The notes under the pieces: generated by a model
Database searches by the model: none
Seen by the model: only the letters and a program-made list of their open reading frames with translations
Told to the model about the DNA's origin: nothing
DNA from: Flavobacteriales bacterium
GTDB lineage: Bacteria > Bacteroidota > Bacteroidia > Flavobacteriales_D > Crocinitomicaceae
Reading direction: 5' to 3'
DNA: 64,000 nt
Assembly: GCA_947474675.1 (NCBI GenBank)
Contig: CANJKA010000004.1
Span: 4,442-68,441 of the forward strand
Translations under genes and position numbers: made by a program
Shown here: one piece after another, positions 27,901 through 38,454 of the stretch
How positions within the stretch are numbered: position 1 is the first letter of the stretch
Layout of the letters: every line of letters starts with the position of its first letter

Positions 27901-29286
27901 TCCTTCAATTAATTTTGGTTGGAAAGCTTGGATACCTAAACGGTGAAGAGTAGGAGCTCTATTCAAAAGAACAGGATGTCCTTTCAAAATGCTTTCTAAT
28001 ATATCCCAAACAACTGGTTCTTTTTTGTCAACAATTTTCTTTGCAGATTTAACCGTTTTAACAATCCCTCTTTCAATCAATTTACGAATGATAAAAGGTT
28101 TGTATAATTCAGCTGCCATATTTTTTGGCAATCCACATTCATGTAATTTTAAATCAGGTCCAACAACAATTACCGAACGAGCTGAATAATCAACACGTTT
28201 ACCTAATAAATTTTGACGGAAACGACCTTGTTTACCTTTTAATGAATCAGAAAGTGATTTTAAAGGTCTGTTAGATTCAGTTTTAACTGCACTCGATTTA
28301 CGAGAGTTATCAAATAATGAATCAACAGATTCCTGAAGCATACGTTTTTCATTACGTAAAATTACTTCTGGAGCTTTAATTTCGATCAATCTTTTTAAAC
28401 GGTTGTTACGTATAATAACACGTCTATATAAATCATTTAAATCTGAAGTAGCAAAACGACCACCATCCAAAGGAACTAATGGACGTAATTCTGGTGGAAT
28501 AACTGGAACAACCTTAACAACCATCCATTCTGGGCGGTTATCAATTCTTTCCTGAGATTCACGCATTGCTTCAACAACTTGAAGACGTTTCAATGCTTCA
28601 TTTTTACGTTGCATAGACGTTTCCGTGTTTGCTTGGTGACGTAAATCGTATGAAGTTTGAATTAAATTCAATGTTTTTAATAAATCAAACAAAGCTTCAG
28701 CACCCATTTTGGCGATGAATTTATTTGGATCTGTATCTTCTAAGTATTGATTTTCTTTAGGAAGAGTATCTAAAATATCTAAATATTCTTCTTCCATTAA
28801 AAAGTCAAGACGTTTCAATTCAGAACCATCAGCATTTGTTGCAATACCACCTTGAATAACTACAAATCTTTCATAATAAATGATTTGATCCAACTTTTTA
28901 GTTGGTAATCCTAGTAAGTATCCAATTTTATTTGGAAGTGAACGGAAGTACCAAATGTGTGCTACAGGAACTACTAATGAAATGTGTCCCATACGCTCAC
29001 GACGTACTTTTTTCTCTGTTACCTCAACCCCACAACGGTCACAAACGATTCCTTTATAACGGATTCTTTTGTATTTACCACAGTGACATTCGTAATCTTT
29101 AACTGGTCCAAAAATACGTTCACAAAATAAACCATCTCTTTCAGGCTTATATGTACGGTAATTTATTGTTTCAGGCTTCAGTACTTCTCCACTTGATTGC
29201 TCAAGTATCAATTCTGGCGATGCCAGAGAGATAGTTATTTTGTCGAAGCTACTTTGCGTTTTTGGTGTTTCTTTTCTGTAAGACAT
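25000..29286 (-). CDS. rpoC: DNA-directed RNA polymerase subunit beta'
   Basis: 1428 aa with the Zn-finger CHCGKY..RY.G..C..CG and catalytic NADFDGD motifs. Confidence 0.99.
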   Translation of the reverse strand: MSYRKETPKTQSSFDKITISLASPELILEQSSGEVLKPETINYRTYKPERDGLFCERIFGPVKDYECHCGKYKRIRYKGIVCDRCGVEVTEKKVRRERMGHISLVVPVAHIWYFRSLPNKIGYLLGLPTKKLDQIIYYERFVVIQGGIATNADGSELKRLDFLMEEEYLDILDTLPKENQYLEDTDPNKFIAKMGAEALFDLLKTLNLIQTSYDLRHQANTETSMQRKNEALKRLQVVEAMRESQERIDNRPEWMVVKVVPVIPPELRPLVPLDGGRFATSDLNDLYRRVIIRNNRLKRLIEIKAPEVILRNEKRMLQESVDSLFDNSRKSSAVKTESNRPLKSLSDSLKGKQGRFRQNLLGKRVDYSARSVIVVGPDLKLHECGLPKNMAAELYKPFIIRKLIERGIVKTVKSAKKIVDKKEPVVWDILESILKGHPVLLNRAPTLHRLGIQAFQPKLIEGKAIRLHPLVTTAFNADFDGDQMAVHLPLGNAAILEAQLLMLASHNILNPANGAPIAVPSQDMVLGLYYITKGKRSTEEYTMKGEDCIFYSPEEVRIAYNEKKLDLHSHLKVRSYDLDENGVPTLMMIETTCGRVLFNDMVPREVGYINDVLTKKALRDIIGNVLKVSGTSRTAQFLDDIKEVGFDMAFKGGLSFNLEDIIIPKEKEILVGKAEVEAKEVLSNYNMGLITNNERYNQIIDIWTHTNSRLTNILMDQLKNDMQGFNSIYMMYDSGARGSKEQIRQLSGMRGLMAKPQKSGASSQDIIENPILSNFKEGLSILEYFISTHGARKGLADTALKTADAGYLTRRLVDVAQDVVINIEDCGTLRGLMATALLKNDDIVEPLYDRILGRTSVHDILHPETEEIIVSAGELIIEDVAELIEKVGIDEVEIRSVLTCEMRRGVCAKCYGRNLSNHRLAQRGDSVGVVAAQSIGEPGTQLTLRTFHVGGTASSTGRESDMKAKATGRIDIEELRTIEKKNSDGTIKVVVVGRSAELKITDEKTGIVLMNTNIPYGSELVVSGNGKIKKGDVICKWDQYNAVIVSEVNGKVVFDNISEGITCREEVDEQTGFAEKVIIESRDKKKNPSIHIIDMKTKEVIREYSLPVNAHVSVKDGDVIEAGEILVKIPRTAGKSGDITGGLPRVTELFEARNPSNPAVVSEIDGIAEYGKIKRGNREIQITSKAGDVRKYLVPLSKHILVQENDFVRAGQPLSDGAITPNDILNIEGPTKVQEYIVNEIQEVYRLQGVKINDKHFEVIVRQMMLKSEVIDAGDTKFLEGQSARKVDIMEENDAIYGMKVVVDAGESTALKAGQIVSARGLRDENSQLKRGDKQLVEARDAIPATSTPLLQGITRASLQTKSFISAASFQETTKVLNEAALAGKVDNLLGLKENVIVGHLIPAGTGVRQFQNMVVASKEDYEAMTGK

Positions 29287-29324
29287 ATTATTGCGTAATA
29301 TCTATAAATTATCTACTTGGAAAA

Positions 29325-32300
29325 TTAATCTAATGAAATGTTAAGACATAAACCTCTTAGTTCGTGTAACAATACATTGAACGATTCTGGAATACCAGGT
29401 TCAGGAATATTATCACCTTTCACTATAGCTTCATATGCTTTAGCACGTCCATTTACATCATCAGACTTAACAGTCAAGATTTCTTGTAATAAATGTGCAG
29501 CACCGAATGCTTCAAGAGCCCAAACCTCCATCTCTCCAAAACGCTGACCTCCAAATTGAGCCTTACCTCCAAGTGGTTGTTGCGTAATAAGTGAGTATGG
29601 TCCGATAGAACGAGCATGCATTTTGTCATCAACCATGTGGGCTAATTTCAACATGTATATAACTCCAACTGTCGCAGTTTGATCAAAACGTTCTCCTGTT
29701 CCTCCATCATATAAGTAAGTCTTACCTGATTTTGGTACTCCAGCCTTAGCAGTCCATTCATCAATTTCATATGGTTTAGCTCCATCGAAAATAGGTGTTG
29801 CAAATTTAACTCCTAATTTTTGACCAGCCCAACCTAAAACTGTTTCATAAACCTGACCAAGGTTCATACGAGAAGGTACTCCAAGTGGATTCAATACGAT
29901 ATCAACAGGTGTTCCATCTTCTAAGAACGGCATATCTTCAGCACGAACAATATTCGCTACAATTCCTTTATTTCCGTGACGACCAGCCATTTTATCACCT
30001 ACTTTCAACTTACGTTTCTTAGCGATATAAACTTTTGCCATTTTAATAATACCTGCAGGAAGTTCATCACCAACTGAGATATGGAATTTTTTACGTTTGA
30101 AAGTTCCTAATAAATCATTTGCTTTAATGTTAAAGTTATGAATAACTCTACCAATTAAAGTATTTAAATTATCATCAGCTGTCCAATTTGTAGGATTAAC
30201 AATAGTGTAATCAATTGCTACAAGATTCTTTTGATTGAATTTTGTACCTTTTTTGATTATTTCTTCTCTAAAGTTATTAAATACTCCATTCGCTTTAGTT
30301 TCTCCAACAACATTGATTAATTTATCAACCAAACGATCTTTCAATAATGAGAAATCTCTTTCGTATTCAGAATCTAAACCTTCTAATAATGGTTTATCTT
30401 GTGCTTTTGATTTTCTATCTTTTACAGCTCTAGAGAAAAGTTTTTTCTCGATAACAACTCCTCTTAAAGAAGGACCTGCTTTCAAAGAAGCATCTTTAAC
30501 ATCACCTGCTTTATCACCGAAAATTGCACGAAGTAATTTTTCTTCAGGAGAAGGATCAGTTTCACCTTTAGGAGTAATTTTCCCAATAATGATGTCACCT
30601 TCTTTAATTTCAGCTCCAATACGGATGATACCGTTTTCATCTAAATCTTTTGTTGCTTCTTCACTAACGTTAGGAATATCAGAAGTTAATTCTTCCATAC
30701 CACGTTTAGTATCACGAACATCAACAGTATATTCATCAATATGAATAGAAGTGAAAATATCATCACGAACAACTCTTTCAGAAATAACAATCGCATCCTC
30801 GAAATTATAACCTTTCCAAGGCATGAAAGCCACTTTTAAATTTTGTCCAAGAGCTAATTCACCTTGTTGAGTTGCATAACCTTCACAAAGAACTTGACCT
30901 TTCTCAACCTTATCGCCTTTTTTAACGATTGGTTTCAAGTTCATACAAGTACTCTGATTCGTTTTAGCAAATTTAGTCAATGTATAATGAGTAACTTCAG
31001 AATCAAAAGAAACTAATTTATCATCATTTGTCCAATCATAACGAATTACGATTTCATTTGCATCAACATATTCAACAACACCATTATTCTCAGCATTAAT
31101 TAATACACGAGAATCTCTAGCGACCAATCTTTCAATACCAGTTCCAACAATTGGAGAACTAGGTTTCAATAAAGGCACAGCTTGACGTTGCATGTTAGAT
31201 CCCATCAAAGCACGATTGGCATCATCATGTTCCAAGAAAGGAATAGAAGAAGCCGCAATAGAAGCAATTTGATTTGCTCCAACGTCCATTAATGTTAAAT
31301 TTTTAGGTTGAACTACTGGGAAATCACCTTCAAAACGAGCTTTCACAAATTCAGTCAAGAAATTTCCATTCTCATCCACTTGTGCATTCGCTTGAGCGAT
31401 CATTTTACCATCTTCTTCCTCTGCAGTCAAATAAATTGGCTCTGTATCAATTGCAACTTTACCAGCAACAACATCACGATATGGAGTTTCAATAAATCCA
31501 AGTTTATTTACTTTCGCAAATACACAAAGTGAAGAAATTAAACCAATGTTTGGTCCTTCAGGAGTTTCAATAGTACATAAACGACCATAGTGCGTATAAT
31601 GAACATCTCGAACCTCGAAACCAGCTCTTTCTCTAGATAAACCACCAGGTCCTAGTGCCGAAAGACGACGCTTGTGCGTTACTTCCGAAAGAGGATTGGT
31701 TTGATCCATAAATTGAGACAATTGATTTGTTCCAAAAAACGAATTAATTACTGACGAAAGTGTTTTCGCGTTTATTAAATCGATTGGAGTAAAAACTTCA
31801 TTATCACGAACGTTCATACGCTCACGAATAGTTCTAGCCATACGAGCAAGACCTACACCGAATTGAGAATATAATTGTTCCCCCACAGTTCTAACACGAC
31901 GATTAGAAAGGTGATCGATATCATCAACATCTGCTTTTGAATTTACTAATTCAATCAAATATTTAATGATAAGAATAATATCATTTTTAGTTAATACTCT
32001 AGAATCTTCAGATGGATCAATTCCTAATTTTTTATTCAAACGGAAACGACCAACTTCACCTAAATCATAACGAGTATCAGAGAAGAATAATTTTTCAAAT
32101 ACATTCTTAGCAGTTTCATAATCTGGCGGTTCAGCATTACGAAGTTGTCTATAGATATGTTCTACTGCCTCTTTTTGAGAGTTAGAAGTATCTTTTTGAA
32201 GTGTATTATATATAAGAGTGAAATCAGCACTATTAACATCTTCTTTGTGAAGAATAACAGTTTTAACACCTGAATCAACAATTAAGTCAACGTGTGCGTC

Positions 32301-33137
32301 TTCAATAATCGTTTCACGATCAAGAAGAACTTCATTTCTTTCAATCGAAACAACTTCACCTGTATCTTCATCAACGAAATCTTCGATCCAAGATTTTAAT
32401 ACACGAGCCGCTAATTTACGACCTACTAATTTTTTTAAATTAACTTTAGTAGCTTTCACTTCATCAGCTAATCCGAATATCTCTAAGATATCTTTATCAC
32501 TTTCGTATCCAATTGCACGGAAAAGAGTTGTAACAGGTAATTTTTTCTTACGATCAATGTAAGCATACATTACACTATTAATATCTGTAGCGAATTCAAT
32601 CCAAGAACCCTTGAAAGGAATAACACGTGCAGAATACAATTTCGTACCATTCGCATGACGACTTTGTCCAAAGAAAACACCTGGAGATCTGTGTAATTGA
32701 GAAACGATAACACGTTGTGCACCATTTACTACAAACGAACCTTTAGGTGTCATGTAAGGAATAGTACCAAGATAAACATCTTGTACTATTGTTTCAAAAT
32801 CTTCGTGCTCTGGATCAGTACAATATAATTTTAACTTCGCTTTCAACGGAACGCTATAAGTTAAACCTCTATCAATACATTCCTCGATAGTATAACGAGG
32901 TGGATCAACGAAATAATCTAAAAATTCCAATACAAACTGATTACGCGTATCAGTTATTGGAAAATTTTCAGAAAATACTTTAAATAATCCTTCCGTATCT
33001 CTATTCTCCGGTGTTGTTTCCAACTGGAAAAATTCTTGAAAAGATTTAATTTGAATGTCCAGAAAATCAGGATAATCAAATTGGTTTTTGCTTGATGCAA
33101 AATTAATTCTTGTCGATAAATTACTTGTTGTTGCCAA
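29325..33137 (-). CDS. rpoB: DNA-directed RNA polymerase subunit beta
   Basis: 1270 aa with a conserved N-terminus RINFAS...DYPDFLD.Q..SF. The only in-frame start before the conserved region is TTG at 33137. Confidence 0.99.
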   Translation of the reverse strand: MATTSNLSTRINFASSKNQFDYPDFLDIQIKSFQEFFQLETTPENRDTEGLFKVFSENFPITDTRNQFVLEFLDYFVDPPRYTIEECIDRGLTYSVPLKAKLKLYCTDPEHEDFETIVQDVYLGTIPYMTPKGSFVVNGAQRVIVSQLHRSPGVFFGQSRHANGTKLYSARVIPFKGSWIEFATDINSVMYAYIDRKKKLPVTTLFRAIGYESDKDILEIFGLADEVKATKVNLKKLVGRKLAARVLKSWIEDFVDEDTGEVVSIERNEVLLDRETIIEDAHVDLIVDSGVKTVILHKEDVNSADFTLIYNTLQKDTSNSQKEAVEHIYRQLRNAEPPDYETAKNVFEKLFFSDTRYDLGEVGRFRLNKKLGIDPSEDSRVLTKNDIILIIKYLIELVNSKADVDDIDHLSNRRVRTVGEQLYSQFGVGLARMARTIRERMNVRDNEVFTPIDLINAKTLSSVINSFFGTNQLSQFMDQTNPLSEVTHKRRLSALGPGGLSRERAGFEVRDVHYTHYGRLCTIETPEGPNIGLISSLCVFAKVNKLGFIETPYRDVVAGKVAIDTEPIYLTAEEEDGKMIAQANAQVDENGNFLTEFVKARFEGDFPVVQPKNLTLMDVGANQIASIAASSIPFLEHDDANRALMGSNMQRQAVPLLKPSSPIVGTGIERLVARDSRVLINAENNGVVEYVDANEIVIRYDWTNDDKLVSFDSEVTHYTLTKFAKTNQSTCMNLKPIVKKGDKVEKGQVLCEGYATQQGELALGQNLKVAFMPWKGYNFEDAIVISERVVRDDIFTSIHIDEYTVDVRDTKRGMEELTSDIPNVSEEATKDLDENGIIRIGAEIKEGDIIIGKITPKGETDPSPEEKLLRAIFGDKAGDVKDASLKAGPSLRGVVIEKKLFSRAVKDRKSKAQDKPLLEGLDSEYERDFSLLKDRLVDKLINVVGETKANGVFNNFREEIIKKGTKFNQKNLVAIDYTIVNPTNWTADDNLNTLIGRVIHNFNIKANDLLGTFKRKKFHISVGDELPAGIIKMAKVYIAKKRKLKVGDKMAGRHGNKGIVANIVRAEDMPFLEDGTPVDIVLNPLGVPSRMNLGQVYETVLGWAGQKLGVKFATPIFDGAKPYEIDEWTAKAGVPKSGKTYLYDGGTGERFDQTATVGVIYMLKLAHMVDDKMHARSIGPYSLITQQPLGGKAQFGGQRFGEMEVWALEAFGAAHLLQEILTVKSDDVNGRAKAYEAIVKGDNIPEPGIPESFNVLLHELRGLCLNISLD

Positions 33138-33196
33138 GGCTAAATAATTTGTTGATGAAAATGCATTTTAACTACTCAATGTAAATAAACAGGAAT

Positions 33197-33222
33197 AGGC
33201 ACGAGCTTATAAAGCCGTGCCT
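33197..33222 (-). terminator. rplL-rpoB intergenic hairpin (attenuator-like)
   Basis: An 11-bp stem with one bulge (AGGCACG-GCUU/AAGC-A-CGUGCCU) followed by a weak U-rich tract. This is the same position as the E. coli rplL-rpoB attenuator. Confidence 0.5.
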
Positions 33223-33245
33223 TTCCATATTATGAAGAATGAAAG

Positions 33246-33617
33246 TTATTTAATCTCTACTTCAGCACCTGCTTCTTCAAGAGCAGCTTTTAAAGCAGCA
33301 GCTTCGTCTTTAGAAATTCCTTCTTTTAAAGCAGTAGGAGCTCCATCAACTAAGTCTTTTGATTCTTTTAAACCATTACCAGTTAATTCTTTTACAAGTT
33401 TAACTACAGCAAGTTTGTTTGGTCCACCAGCTTTCAATATAACATCAAATTCTGTTTTCTCTTCTGCAGCAGCAGCTTCACCACCTCCTGATACCATTAC
33501 GGCAGCAGCAGCAGCAGGTTCGATACCATACTCATCCTTAAGGATAGTTGCAAGTTCATTAACTTCTTTTACTGTAAGGTTTACTAGCGTTTCCGCGATT
33601 TGTTTCAAATCAGCCAT
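33246..33617 (-). CDS. rplL: 50S ribosomal protein L7/L12
   Basis: 123 aa with an Ala-rich hinge and C-terminal [17 protein letters not shown]. Confidence 0.98.
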   Translation of the reverse strand: MADLKQIAETLVNLTVKEVNELATILKDEYGIEPAAAAAVMVSGGGEAAAAEEKTEFDVILKAGGPNKLAVVKLVKELTGNGLKESKDLVDGAPTALKEGISKDEAAALKAALEEAGAEVEIK

Positions 33618-33657
33618 TTTGTTTTTTATTTAAATCTAAAGTTGTACAATATAATAA

Positions 33658-34179
33658 TTATGCTCTACTTTCGAGCGTTTTAAGGATACCAGCGATCTTA
33701 CCACCTGCACCTGTAAGTCCAGAAACAACGTTCTTAATTGGACTTTGTAATAATCCGATGATTTCACCAAGCATCTCGTCTTTGCTTTTGATTGAACTCA
33801 GCATAGCTAATTGGTCATCACCAATAAACACAGCTTCGTTAATATAAGCACCTTTAAGGATTGGTTTAGCACCTTTCTTACGGAATTCTTGAATTAATTT
33901 TGCAGGAACATTACCTACTTCAGAGAACATGATAGAAGTTGGACCAGAAAGAGTATCTTTCAATTGACCAAAATCTTTTCCTTCAACTCTTTCCATCGCT
34001 TTTTCAAGTAGTGTATTTTTCACAACTTTAAGACGAACGTTAGATTGAAAACATTTTCTACGAAGAGTATTGATTGCTTCAACTGTTAATTCTGCAGTAT
34101 CCGTTAAATAAATGATATTTGCGTCTTTTAATTCAACCGCTAAATCATCTATATACTTACCTTTTTCTTCTTTTGTCAT
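33658..34179 (-). CDS. rplJ: 50S ribosomal protein L10
   Basis: 173 aa, positioned between rplA and rplL. Confidence 0.95.
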   Translation of the reverse strand: MTKEEKGKYIDDLAVELKDANIIYLTDTAELTVEAINTLRRKCFQSNVRLKVVKNTLLEKAMERVEGKDFGQLKDTLSGPTSIMFSEVGNVPAKLIQEFRKKGAKPILKGAYINEAVFIGDDQLAMLSSIKSKDEMLGEIIGLLQSPIKNVVSGLTGAGGKIAGILKTLESRA

Positions 34180-34193
34180 TTTACGTCAGTTTA

Positions 34194-34889
34194 TTAAGCT
34201 ACAACAGTTTTAGCATCAATTTGAATACCCGGACTCATTGTAGAACTTAGGTAAACACTTTTGATGTATGTACCTTTCGCAGAAGAAGGTTTCATTTTGA
34301 TAAGAGTTTGAATCAATTCCATAGAATTCTCACGAATTTTATCTCCATCAAAACTCACTTTTCCAACTGAGCTATGAATGATACCATATTTATCAACTTT
34401 GAAATCAATTTTACCTGCTTTCACTTCTTCAACTGCTTTTGCAACGTCCATCGTTACAGTACCAGTTTTTGGATTCGGCATCAAACTACGAGGTCCTAAT
34501 ATACGACCAAGTGCTCCAACTTTACCCATAACTGATGGCATCGTAATGATAACATCAATATCAGTCCATCCTCCCTTGATTTTTTCGATGTAATCATCAA
34601 GACCAACAAAATCAGCACCAGCAGCGATAGCTTCAGCTTCTTTATCCGGAGTACAAAGTACAAGAACGCGAACGTCTTTACCAGTACCATGCGGAAGAGA
34701 AACTGTACCTCTTACCATTTGGTTTGCTTTTCTCGGATCTACTCCTAATCTTACACAGATATCAACAGAAGCATCAAATTTAGTAGTGGAAATTTCCTTA
34801 ACCAAATCACATGCCTCTACTAAGGAGTAAGCTTTAGCTATATCAAATTTAGCTAAAATCTCTTTTCTTTTTTTAGAAATTCTTCCCAT
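34194..34889 (-). CDS. rplA: 50S ribosomal protein L1
   Basis: 231 aa with DPRK.NQ.VRG...LPHGTGK. Confidence 0.98.
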   Translation of the reverse strand: MGRISKKRKEILAKFDIAKAYSLVEACDLVKEISTTKFDASVDICVRLGVDPRKANQMVRGTVSLPHGTGKDVRVLVLCTPDKEAEAIAAGADFVGLDDYIEKIKGGWTDIDVIITMPSVMGKVGALGRILGPRSLMPNPKTGTVTMDVAKAVEEVKAGKIDFKVDKYGIIHSSVGKVSFDGDKIRENSMELIQTLIKMKPSSAKGTYIKSVYLSSTMSPGIQIDAKTVVA

Positions 34890-34900
34890 TATAAAAACTA

Positions 34901-35347
34901 TTATTTGGTTTTAGGTGCACTACCACCTTTAATTGTAACTCCCAAACTTCTTGCCGTTCCTGCAACCATGCTCATAGCAGAGTCAACAGTAAAACAATTC
35001 ATATCAGGCAATTTATCTTCTGCAATTGTACGAATTGTATCCCAAGACATCGATGCAACTTTCGCACGATTAGATTCAGAAGAACCTTTCTTAAGTTTCG
35101 TCAATTCCATGATTTGAATTGCTGCGGGTGGAGTTTTGATAATAAAATCAAAAGATTTATCACCATAAACAGTGATAACTACTGGTAATACCTTTCCTGG
35201 TTTATCCTGCGTTCTAGCATTGAACTGCTTGCAGAATTCCATAATGTTCACACCTTTCGAACCAAGAGCTGGTCCTACTGGTGGAGCTGGATTGGCAGCA
35301 CCTCCTTTGATCTGTAATTTGATCAATCCTGCTACTACTTTAGCCAT
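34901..35347 (-). CDS. rplK: 50S ribosomal protein L11
   Basis: 148 aa with [30 protein letters not shown]. Confidence 0.98.
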   Translation of the reverse strand: MAKVVAGLIKLQIKGGAANPAPPVGPALGSKGVNIMEFCKQFNARTQDKPGKVLPVVITVYGDKSFDFIIKTPPAAIQIMELTKLKKGSSESNRAKVASMSWDTIRTIAEDKLPDMNCFTVDSAMSMVAGTARSLGVTIKGGSAPKTK

Positions 35348-35435
35348 TTATATAAAAATTATGTAGTCAAACATGAGTAATTACGGGAAGCATTCAAATT
35401 TCGCTTTTCCTCACTCCTACGGTTAATAAACAATT

Positions 35436-35987
35436 TTAAACTTCTTTCGCCACTTGCATGTAACTTAATTCTAGCAAGTTTTTTCGTCCAAAGATTTTTA
35501 CCATTACTTTCAATTTTTTCTTTTCTTCATTGATTTCATCAACAACACCACTGAAATTATTGAATGGACCATCAATTACTTTAACTGACTCACCAACAAT
35601 AAATGGAATTTTCATTTCTTCTTCTGCTTCAGATAATTCATCAACTTTTCCAAGAATTCTGTTAACTTCTGCTAAACGCATTGGTACAGCTTCACCCCCT
35701 TTTTCAGTCCCTAAAAATCCAATAACATTTGGTATACTTTTAATAACGTGAGTTACCTCACCAACCAAAGCAGCTTCAATTAAAACATAACCAGGTAAAT
35801 AAGACTTCTCTTTCATCACCTTTTTACCATTTCTAATTTGAAAAACTTTTTCTGTTGGTATAAGAACTTGTTCAACAAAATCTTCTAGCTTTAAACGAGA
35901 AATTTCTAAGTCAAGATATTCCTTAACTTTCTTTTCTTTACCACTTACTGCTCTTACTACGTACCAACGTTTTTTAATATCTCCCAT
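35436..35987 (-). CDS. nusG: Transcription termination/antitermination factor NusG
   Basis: 183 aa with the NGN start KKRWYVVRAVSGKEKKV and a C-terminal KOW motif. Confidence 0.97.
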   Translation of the reverse strand: MGDIKKRWYVVRAVSGKEKKVKEYLDLEISRLKLEDFVEQVLIPTEKVFQIRNGKKVMKEKSYLPGYVLIEAALVGEVTHVIKSIPNVIGFLGTEKGGEAVPMRLAEVNRILGKVDELSEAEEEMKIPFIVGESVKVIDGPFNNFSGVVDEINEEKKKLKVMVKIFGRKNLLELSYMQVAKEV

Positions 35988-35994
35988 TACTCTA

Positions 35995-36216
35995 TTAAAA
36001 CATATCGTAAATAAATCCTAAAGCTCCTTTCCATGTAGAATCTTTATCTCCTGTAATACCAAAGCCAAAATCCATGACAAAAATAAATAATGAAATTATA
36101 ACCGAAGCTACAACCACTATAATAGTATTACTTTGAAGTTCTTTCCACGTAGGCCAAGTAACATTGTGAACCATTTCAGTCACAGTTTCGTTGATATATT
36201 CTTTGAATTTTGACAC
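35995..36216 (-). CDS. secE: Preprotein translocase subunit SecE
   Basis: 73 aa with a single C-terminal TM segment and the V.WPTWKEL motif. GTG start. Classical position between tRNA-Trp and nusG. Confidence 0.85.
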   Translation of the reverse strand: MSKFKEYINETVTEMVHNVTWPTWKELQSNTIIVVVASVIISLFIFVMDFGFGITGDKDSTWKGALGFIYDMF

Positions 36217-36235
36217 GACTTTCTAATTTTTTATG

Positions 36236-36308
36236 CGCGGGCGGCTGGGCTCGAACCAACGACCTACGGTTTTGGAGACCGCCACTCTACCAACTGAGCT
36301 ACGCCCGC
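36236..36308 (-). tRNA. tRNA-Trp (anticodon CCA)
   Basis: Hand-folded cloverleaf: acceptor GCGGGCG/CGCCCGC, anticodon loop CUCCAAA, T-loop GGTTCGAGCC. No encoded CCA end. Confidence 0.9.
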
Positions 36309-36310
36309 AT

Positions 36311-36331
36311 AAAAAGGGGAGCAAGCTCCCC
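36311..36331 (-). terminator. Terminator/attenuator hairpin between tuf and tRNA-Trp
   Basis: Minus-strand GGGGAG-CUUG-CUCCCC followed by UUUUUA. It ends 2 nt before tRNA-Trp. Confidence 0.6.
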
Positions 36332-36355
36332 TAATCAATTATTATTATTTTGCTA

Positions 36356-37543
36356 TTAAGCTATAATTTCAGTAACTTGTCCAGCTCCAACAGTTCTTCC
36401 ACCCTCACGGATAGCGAAACGTAAACCTTTATCCATTGCTACTGGTACAATTAATTTAACTGTAATAGAAACGTTATCTCCTGGCATAACCATTTCACGT
36501 CCATCAGTTAAGAAAATTTCACCTGTTACATCAGTCGTACGGAAGTAAAACTGTGGACGGTATTTGTTATGGAATGGAGTATGACGTCCACCTTCTTCTT
36601 TTTTCAATACATAAATTTCAGCTTTGAAATCAGCATGTGGTTTAGTTGAACCTGGTTTACAGATAACCATTCCTCTTTTGATATCAGCTTTGTCAATACC
36701 ACGTAATAAAATACCTACGTTATCTCCAGCTTCACCTCTATCTAAGATTTTACGGAACATCTCAACTCCTGTTACAGTAGAAGTTAATTTTTCAGTTCCC
36801 ATCCCTAAGATTTCTACAGGATCTCCAGTATTGATAACACCAGTTTCAATACGTCCAGTTGCTACAGTACCACGACCTTGAATCGTAAATACATCTTCAA
36901 TAGACATTAAGAATGGTTTATCCATATCTCTTGGAGGAAGTTCGATATAAGCATCAACTGCATCCATCAACTCATCTATTTTAGCAACCCATTCCGGCTC
37001 TCCATTCAATCCACCTAAAGCAGATCCTAAGATTACTGGTACATTATCTCCATCATAATCATAGAAAGATAATAATTCACGGATTTCCATTTCAACTAAT
37101 TCAAGTAATTCAGCATCATCAACTAAATCTACTTTGTTCATGAAAACAACTAAACGAGGAATACCAACTTGGCGACCTAATAAGATGTGCTCACGAGTTT
37201 GAGGCATTGGACCATCAGTAGCAGCAACAACGATAATAGCACCGTCCATTTGAGCAGCTCCAGTTACCATGTTCTTAACGTAATCCGCGTGACCTGGGCA
37301 ATCGATGTGCGCATAGTGACGGTTAGCAGTTTCATACTCTACGTGAGATGTATTAATAGTAATACCACGTTCTTTTTCTTCAGGTGCATTATCAATTGAA
37401 GAGAAATCACGAACTGCAGCTAAACCTCTACCTGATAATACACAAGTAATTGCAGCTGTTAATGTAGTTTTACCATGATCTACGTGACCAATTGTCCCGA
37501 TGTTTAAATGCGGTTTAGAACGATCAAAATTTTCCTTAGCCAT
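36356..37543 (-). CDS. tuf: Elongation factor Tu
   Basis: 395 aa with [15 protein letters not shown] and NKVD motifs. Confidence 0.99.
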   Translation of the reverse strand: MAKENFDRSKPHLNIGTIGHVDHGKTTLTAAITCVLSGRGLAAVRDFSSIDNAPEEKERGITINTSHVEYETANRHYAHIDCPGHADYVKNMVTGAAQMDGAIIVVAATDGPMPQTREHILLGRQVGIPRLVVFMNKVDLVDDAELLELVEMEIRELLSFYDYDGDNVPVILGSALGGLNGEPEWVAKIDELMDAVDAYIELPPRDMDKPFLMSIEDVFTIQGRGTVATGRIETGVINTGDPVEILGMGTEKLTSTVTGVEMFRKILDRGEAGDNVGILLRGIDKADIKRGMVICKPGSTKPHADFKAEIYVLKKEEGGRHTPFHNKYRPQFYFRTTDVTGEIFLTDGREMVMPGDNVSITVKLIVPVAMDKGLRFAIREGGRTVGAGQVTEIIA

Positions 37544-37590
37544 TATTATATTTGTTACTTAGTTAATAAAAAAACAAACTATTAGAATGT

Positions 37591-37617
37591 AAAAAATTCA
37601 CCCATAACTTGGGTGAA
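37591..37617 (-). terminator. Terminator-like hairpin between tRNA-Thr(GGT) and tuf
   Basis: Minus-strand UUCACCCA-AGUUA-UGGGUGAA (8 bp) followed by U6. Confidence 0.6.
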
Positions 37618-37633
37618 ACACATCCATTAGTAG

Positions 37634-37705
37634 AGCCAATGACGAGAATTGAACTCGTGACCTCTTCCTTACCAAGGAAGCACTCTACCCCTGAGCTACA
37701 CCGGC
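37634..37705 (-). tRNA. tRNA-Thr (anticodon GGT)
   Basis: Hand-folded: acceptor GCCGGTG/CATTGGC (two G-U pairs), anticodon stem CTTCC/GGAAG, loop TTGGTAA. Confidence 0.85.
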
Positions 37706-37728
37706 TTCTAAAACTGAATTAAAATAAG

Positions 37729-37801
37729 AGCGGGAGACGAGACTCGAACTCGCGACCCTCAGCTTGGAAGGCTGACGCTCTACCAACTGAGCTACTCCCG
37801 C
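37729..37801 (-). tRNA. tRNA-Gly (anticodon TCC)
   Basis: Hand-folded: acceptor GCGGGAG/CTCCCGC, anticodon stem TCAGC/GCTGA, loop CTTCCAA. Confidence 0.9.
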
Positions 37802-37826
37802 TTATATTTTATAATATTATCAAATG

Positions 37827-37907
37827 TGGGGAGAGAAGGATTCGAACCTTCGAAGGTTGCCCAACAGATTTACAGTCTGCCCTCGTTAGCCACTTGAGTA
37901 TCTCCCC
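37827..37907 (-). tRNA. tRNA-Tyr (anticodon GTA), long variable arm
   Basis: Hand-folded: acceptor GGGGAGA/TCTCCCC, anticodon loop CTGTAAA, T-arm GAAGG/CCTTC. Length 81 nt. Confidence 0.85.
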
Positions 37908-37917
37908 AACAAAATAG

Positions 37918-37991
37918 AGCCGATGGAGGGACTCGAACCCCCGACCTGCTGATTACAAATCAGCTGCTCTAGCCAGCTGAGCTACATCGGC
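37918..37991 (-). tRNA. tRNA-Thr (anticodon TGT)
   Basis: Hand-folded: acceptor GCCGATG/CATCGGC, anticodon stem GCTGA/TCAGC, loop TTTGTAA. Confidence 0.9.
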
Positions 37992-38050
37992 ACATTATTG
38001 ATATTTTCAGTAATAAAAAGAACTTTTAAAGTGTTTCCCTTTTGGGTGTG

Positions 38051-38080
38051 CAAATCTACGTATAAATTTCTTTTCCGCAA
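38051..38080 (-). promoter_or_regulatory. Bacteroidota-type promoter for the tRNA-Thr/Tyr/Gly/Thr(-tuf) unit
   Basis: Minus strand carries TTG, a 19-nt spacer, then TAGATTTG (perfect TAnnTTTG). It lies about 50 nt upstream of the first tRNA and just downstream of the hpf terminator. Confidence 0.55.
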
Positions 38081-38102
38081 TGCTTTTTTTAAATTATTTT
38101 TC

Positions 38103-38136
38103 AAAAAAAAATGCTCCTTTTAAAAAAGAAGCATTT
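38103..38136 (-). terminator. Rho-independent terminator downstream of hpf
   Basis: Minus-strand AUGCUUCUUU...AAAGGAGCAU stem (10 bp with one G-U pair), followed by a run of 9 U. Confidence 0.7.
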
Positions 38137-38155
38137 ATCTAACTGATTATTAGTA

Positions 38156-38452
38156 TTAATATGTACTTTTTTCTTTATGCTTCGTTACTTGTTTTCTTAA
38201 GGCTTCGACTGCTAAATCGGCAGCCTCTTCAAAACTTTTACATTGTTTTTTTGCAAACAACTCCTTTCCTGGTATCAAAATTTTGACTTCAGCTATTTTA
38301 TTTTCTCCGTCTTGACTCTTGTCAAGTCTTAAGAAAACTTCTGTTGCTATAATATTATCAAAAAACAATTCCAATTTCCCTACTTTTTCATTGACAAAAT
38401 CTACTAATTTTTTATCCGCTGTGAAATGTACAGAGTGTACTTGAATATCCAT
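38156..38452 (-). CDS. hpf: Ribosome hibernation promoting factor (short HPF/RaiA family)
   Basis: 98 aa with V.S.HF......L..F...K..KL..F and a C-terminal basic tail. No long-HPF dimerisation domain. Confidence 0.9.
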   Translation of the reverse strand: MDIQVHSVHFTADKKLVDFVNEKVGKLELFFDNIIATEVFLRLDKSQDGENKIAEVKILIPGKELFAKKQCKSFEEAADLAVEALRKQVTKHKEKSTY

Positions 38453-38454
38453 GA

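Noticed and set aside
30235-30744. 169-aa plus-strand ORF inside rpoB, with similar short ORFs inside rpoC at 25954-26229, 27989-28189 and 28902-29102
   Set aside because: They are antisense to strongly conserved genes, low-complexity, and have no motif or promoter support.
33465-33516. GCA/GCT trinucleotide repeats ((GCA)5 at 33502-33516)
   Set aside because: They encode the Ala-rich flexible hinge of L7/L12. This is a normal feature, not a contingency locus or microsatellite of regulatory interest.
33217-33633. 138-aa Ala/Ser-rich ORF on the plus strand covering all of rplL
   Set aside because: It is the antisense reading of a highly conserved ribosomal protein gene. Its low-complexity A/S content is the mirror image of the GCN-rich codons of L7/L12, so it is an ORF-finder artefact.
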